Origin: an uncultured Bacteroidales bacterium
GTDB taxonomy: Bacteria; Bacteroidota; Bacteroidia; Bacteroidales; VadinHA17
NCBI GenBank assembly: GCA_963756885.1
Contig: CAVWPG010000011.1
Coordinates: forward strand, 510,178 to 574,177
Direction: 5' to 3'
Length of the DNA: 64,000 nucleotides
How positions within the stretch are numbered: the first letter of the stretch is position 1; each line of letters starts with the position of its first letter. Positions 60,748-64,000 of the stretch are shown piece after piece. Both the position numbers and the translations under genes were made by a program. Under the pieces are notes generated by a model that did not search any database, was not told the origin of the DNA, and was given only the letters and a program-made list of their open reading frames with translations.

Positions 60748-63141
60748 TTATTCATTTATTAATGATTCAACCGGGTTTGCCAGAGCAGCTTTAACTGCCT
60801 GAATACTTATTGTCAGTGCCGCAATCAGTATAGCGAGCAGGCCTGCAAATAGAAAGATCCATAGCGTTATTTCAATTCGGTAAGCAAAATTTTGAAGCCA
60901 GAGACGAACAGAATACAAGGCTAACGGAATGGCAATGACAAATGAAATGGAGATATATTTAATAAAATCATGAAAAATCAAGTTAATGATCTGGTTCACT
61001 GAAGCGCCCAGGACTTTCCGGATTCCAATCTCTTTTGTCCGTCTTTTGGTAGTTAGGGTGGTTAATGCGAATAAGCCTATGCAAGAAATAAAAATAGCAA
61101 GACAAGCTGCTACCGTAATTATTTGTTTCCATTTATTCTCTTTCTTATAGTAATCCCGGTTTAATTGTTCCACAAAAGAATATTGGAATGGATCAGAAGG
61201 GACCATTTTTAGAATAAGGCCTTCCAACAATTTCACAGTTTCAGGAATACGTCCGTCGTTGACCCGGATAAGGAATTTTCCTAAAGGCAATTTTGGTTCA
61301 TAAGTGAGAACTTCAGGTTTTATTCTTTCTTTCAAAGATTCAGAATTATAATCCTTTACAACGCCTACAACTGTAATTCTTCTATCTCCCCAACCCGGAA
61401 TATTCATATGGTCTATTGTTTTACCTATAGGCTCGCTCCATCCTGCTTGCTTCACAAAAGTTTGATTGACAAGTACTGAATTAATTGAATCGGCCGGGAA
61501 ATCCTTTGAGAAATTTCTTCCTGCATCAACTGAAATATGTAAAGTTGGCACGAAGTCTTCATCTACATGTTCATATGTAGCCAGGAATTCTTTCCCATCT
61601 GCTTTAGTCGGCCCACCAAAATGACCGATATTTTTTGGAGCTACCATCTCAACTCCCGGTATTCGTAATATCTCTGTTTTCAATATTCGGGTCAGCGATT
61701 TATTAAAGATTGCTTTTCCGACAGTGACTTCCAGTAAATTTTTGTCATTATAGCCTAAATCCTTTTTTGTTAAGTAGTTGAATTGAGTACAGATGATCAG
61801 GGTAAAAATGATAAGAAATGTGGCAAGTGAAAATTGAATTACTACTAAACTTTTTGACAGCCAATTCCTTCCGGAGTATTTTAATGGGTTGTTAAGGGTT
61901 TTTGTCGGGGTATAACCTGATAATATCAAAGCAGGGTAGAACCCAGCGGCAAAACCTGTAAATAAAAACAAACCCATAAATCCTATGACCAACTTTAAAT
62001 CAAAAAGATAACTGAGACTTAAATGTTTATTTGCTAATTCATTGAAGAAAGGCAAAGCAAGCTCAGCCAGGATCAGAGCAAATAGAAATGCGATAAAACA
62101 TACTGAAAATGACTCACTTATAAATTGTCTGAATAGTTGAATCCTTTGTCCTCCAAATACTTTGCGAACCCCTATTTCCTTATTTCTAGTTAGTGTCTGG
62201 GCCACAGATAGATTGATAAAATTGATACAGGCAATAAGTAAGATAAAGACAGCTATCCCGGATAGAATATAGCTGTAAATTGGTGAACTGCTTTCAGGTG
62301 TTCCTTTAAATTCAGTGTTTAGATGCATGTGTGAAAAAGGCTGGAGTCCCCATATAGTCTTAGTACCATACCCCATGCTCTTTATTTCCTCAATTTCTGA
62401 TCTGGCTTGTACTTGATATACCTGTTCCAATTTGCTGGTGACGGCCTGGTAGTCAGATTTTGGATTTAGAACAAAATATGTAGGAAACGAGACCCAATGC
62501 CATCCATTATCAGGGTGGACCTCTTCCAAATAGTTAAATGGAAGAACCATTTTAAATTTAATGGTAGAATTTTGCGGAGGGTCTTCTGCAATTCCTGACA
62601 CCTTAAATGTTTCATAGCTGCCTTCCACCTGAACATCGAATGTTTTACCCACAGCATCCCCGTTGCCGAAATATTTCTTTGCAGTCTCTTCTGTAATTAC
62701 AACCGAATGGATATCTGATAATACATTTTTGGGGTTACCTGAAAGGAGAGGGAATGTGAATACCGAAAAGAAATTATCATCTGCCCAAAGAATATTTTCT
62801 TTGAAGACATCGTTATTTATTTTTGTTGTTAATTGATTACCCTTTACTCTTACAAACTCCTGAATATCCGGAATTTCTCTTTTAAAGGCAGGTCCCTGGA
62901 CCATAGCCGCGATGGCAAACTTTTCCTTTTTCCCATCTTTTTCAATCCTGGTACAGGTTAATTGATAAATCTGATCTATCTTCTTATGGAAATGATCAAA
63001 ACTAATCTCATCCCTGATATAAAGAAAAATGAGCATGCAACTGGCTAGTCCCACTGCCAGGCCGGTTATGTTGATGACAGAAAGTGCCTTATGACGGAAT
63101 ATATCGCGAAAGCTATTGGTTAAATAATCCTTTAACTTCAT
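60748..63141 (-). CDS. FtsX/MacB-like ABC-transporter permease
   Basis: Start moved to MKLKDYLTNSFRDIFRHKALSVINITGLAVG, the typical N-terminus of this family. Has two FtsX modules and periplasmic MacB_PCD-like domains. Confidence 0.85.
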   Translation of the reverse strand: MKLKDYLTNSFRDIFRHKALSVINITGLAVGLASCMLIFLYIRDEISFDHFHKKIDQIYQLTCTRIEKDGKKEKFAIAAMVQGPAFKREIPDIQEFVRVKGNQLTTKINNDVFKENILWADDNFFSVFTFPLLSGNPKNVLSDIHSVVITEETAKKYFGNGDAVGKTFDVQVEGSYETFKVSGIAEDPPQNSTIKFKMVLPFNYLEEVHPDNGWHWVSFPTYFVLNPKSDYQAVTSKLEQVYQVQARSEIEEIKSMGYGTKTIWGLQPFSHMHLNTEFKGTPESSSPIYSYILSGIAVFILLIACINFINLSVAQTLTRNKEIGVRKVFGGQRIQLFRQFISESFSVCFIAFLFALILAELALPFFNELANKHLSLSYLFDLKLVIGFMGLFLFTGFAAGFYPALILSGYTPTKTLNNPLKYSGRNWLSKSLVVIQFSLATFLIIFTLIICTQFNYLTKKDLGYNDKNLLEVTVGKAIFNKSLTRILKTEILRIPGVEMVAPKNIGHFGGPTKADGKEFLATYEHVDEDFVPTLHISVDAGRNFSKDFPADSINSVLVNQTFVKQAGWSEPIGKTIDHMNIPGWGDRRITVVGVVKDYNSESLKERIKPEVLTYEPKLPLGKFLIRVNDGRIPETVKLLEGLILKMVPSDPFQYSFVEQLNRDYYKKENKWKQIITVAACLAIFISCIGLFALTTLTTKRRTKEIGIRKVLGASVNQIINLIFHDFIKYISISFVIAIPLALYSVRLWLQNFAYRIEITLWIFLFAGLLAILIAALTISIQAVKAALANPVESLINE

Positions 63142-63455
63142 TTGGCATATAACAACTTGGTAATGATTACGAATATCTTCATATGGCAAAAATACCGCAA
63201 GTAACTGCCGGTTTGTGTTAACATTGGGTTAATACTGGAAAAAACGCCGGGATTGACCAGCCTTCTCCGGCACTGCCAAACCATCTTATTTAATTGGTTG
63301 ATAATAGGATAAAGTGGTCAGCCAGAACCGGTGACAGCTGGTCTGGCGATCCGTTTTGTCCACCTTAGCATCTAATAATCTTTCGGTCAAAATCTTCCAT
63401 TTTTCGTCCAAAACCTGGCGTAAACCTGGCGTATTAGAAAATCAGATAGTAAAAT

Positions 63456-63692
63456 TTACAAGAATCTTTTCCTGGCAAATGCTTTACCCGATCCTGATTT
63501 TAGGTATCTCTCGAATTCATAGGCTTTGTATTTATCATGGAAAGCAGAATAGTAGATAAGTGTAACTGGCAACCTGTCTTTTGTATATGTATTCTCTCTT
63601 TTGAAATGACGATTTAGCCGATCATCCAGATCGGATGTACAGCCTGTATAATAAGAATTATCAGCACACTTTAAAATATATACAAACCACAT
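63456..63692 (-). CDS. GIY-YIG nuclease-family protein (small, YhbQ-like)
   Basis: MWFVYILKCADNSYYTGCTSDLDDRLNRH carries the GIY-YIG core (VYIL...YYTG). The track ORF extends 22 codons further upstream (to 63758), but the family normally starts at the beta-strand. Confidence 0.75.
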   Translation of the reverse strand: MWFVYILKCADNSYYTGCTSDLDDRLNRHFKRENTYTKDRLPVTLIYYSAFHDKYKAYEFERYLKSGSGKAFARKRFL

Positions 63693-63870
63693 AGTTACAG
63701 CGATGACAGAAGCTTCATAAGGTATCTTGGCAGAGTAACTAATGAAACATATAATCAAAAATAAAAAAAATTATTCAGAGACGAAAATATAGGTGGTTTT
63801 TTACTTCAGGCTTCAGTGGGCTGCGCCCACCGAAGCCCGAAGAAGATTTAGCGACAGCTAAGTATCTTAT

Positions 63871-63907
63871 AAAGCAAAAGCCCTCCTACGCTAAAGCTTC
63901 GGAGGGC
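63871..63907 (-). terminator. Rho-independent terminator downstream of the tRNA
   Basis: On the minus strand, GCCCTCC ... GGAGGGC forms a 7-bp stem with a 14-nt loop, followed by TTTTGCTTT. Confidence 0.5.
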
Positions 63908-63910
63908 GAA

Positions 63911-63987
63911 GGTGGGCCCAGCTGGGATCGAACCAGCGACCCCCTGATTATGAGTCAGGTGCTGCTAACCATCTGAGCTATGGGCCC
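63911..63987 (-). tRNA. tRNA with CAT anticodon (Met; an Ile2/lysidine identity cannot be excluded from sequence alone)
   Basis: The reverse complement is GGGCCCA TA GCT...AGC A CCTGA CTCATAA TCAGG GGGTC GCTGG TTCGATC CCAGC TGGGCCC A CC. It has a 7-bp acceptor stem, a 5-bp anticodon stem with loop CT-CAT-AA, and a canonical T arm. The D arm is slightly irregular. Confidence 0.85.
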
Positions 63988-64000
63988 CGACCGTAAAAAC

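Noticed and set aside
63911-63987. Whether the CAT-anticodon tRNA is the initiator tRNA.
   Set aside because: The anticodon stem is CCTGA/TCAGG and lacks the three consecutive G-C pairs of initiators. The first acceptor pair is a normal G-C. It therefore looks like an elongator Met (or Ile2).

Overview
The window looks like chromosomal DNA from a Bacteroidota-type organism. Evidence is a T9SS C-terminal sorting domain, FISUMP-domain lipoproteins, PadR-FtsX permease pairs and a Reg_prop/Y_Y_Y sensor kinase. About 45 coding regions can be supported. Recognisable genes include a partial serpin, a membrane-anchored TIR-TPR protein, a MetE-like protein, an esterase, an AraC/response-regulator/CHASE3-kinase cluster, an M1 peptidase, an Fsr-type MFS transporter, two FtsX/MacB-like permeases (one PadR-coupled), an AbiE toxin-antitoxin pair, a GIY-YIG protein and a tRNA-Met(CAT). 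The most interesting feature is an 8.7-kb, seven-gene minus-strand operon (28639-37384). It starts with a YdjI-type SPFH domain fused to four zinc ribbons and ends with a SPOR-anchored membrane protein. Between them are a 4-TM coiled-coil protein, a 763-aa coiled-coil protein with a long acidic tail, two paralogous proteins I cannot place in any family, and a beta-helix (bactofilin-like) protein. I found no enzymatic motif in any of the seven. I read it as a candidate undescribed trans-envelope scaffold, either membrane-stress or defence related. Next to it lies a roughly 7.2-kb block that looks AT-rich by eye (38.3-45.5 kb). It consists of decayed genes and is bounded by a 405-bp direct duplication of the fsr promoter and 5' end. 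The window also holds a MITE-like repeat family (one copy with a 12-bp target-site duplication), a family of about 60-nt same-orientation intergenic repeats bracketing single genes, IS66-type transposase remnants and several frameshifted genes. All calls come from reading the sequence and the ORF translations; no database search was run.
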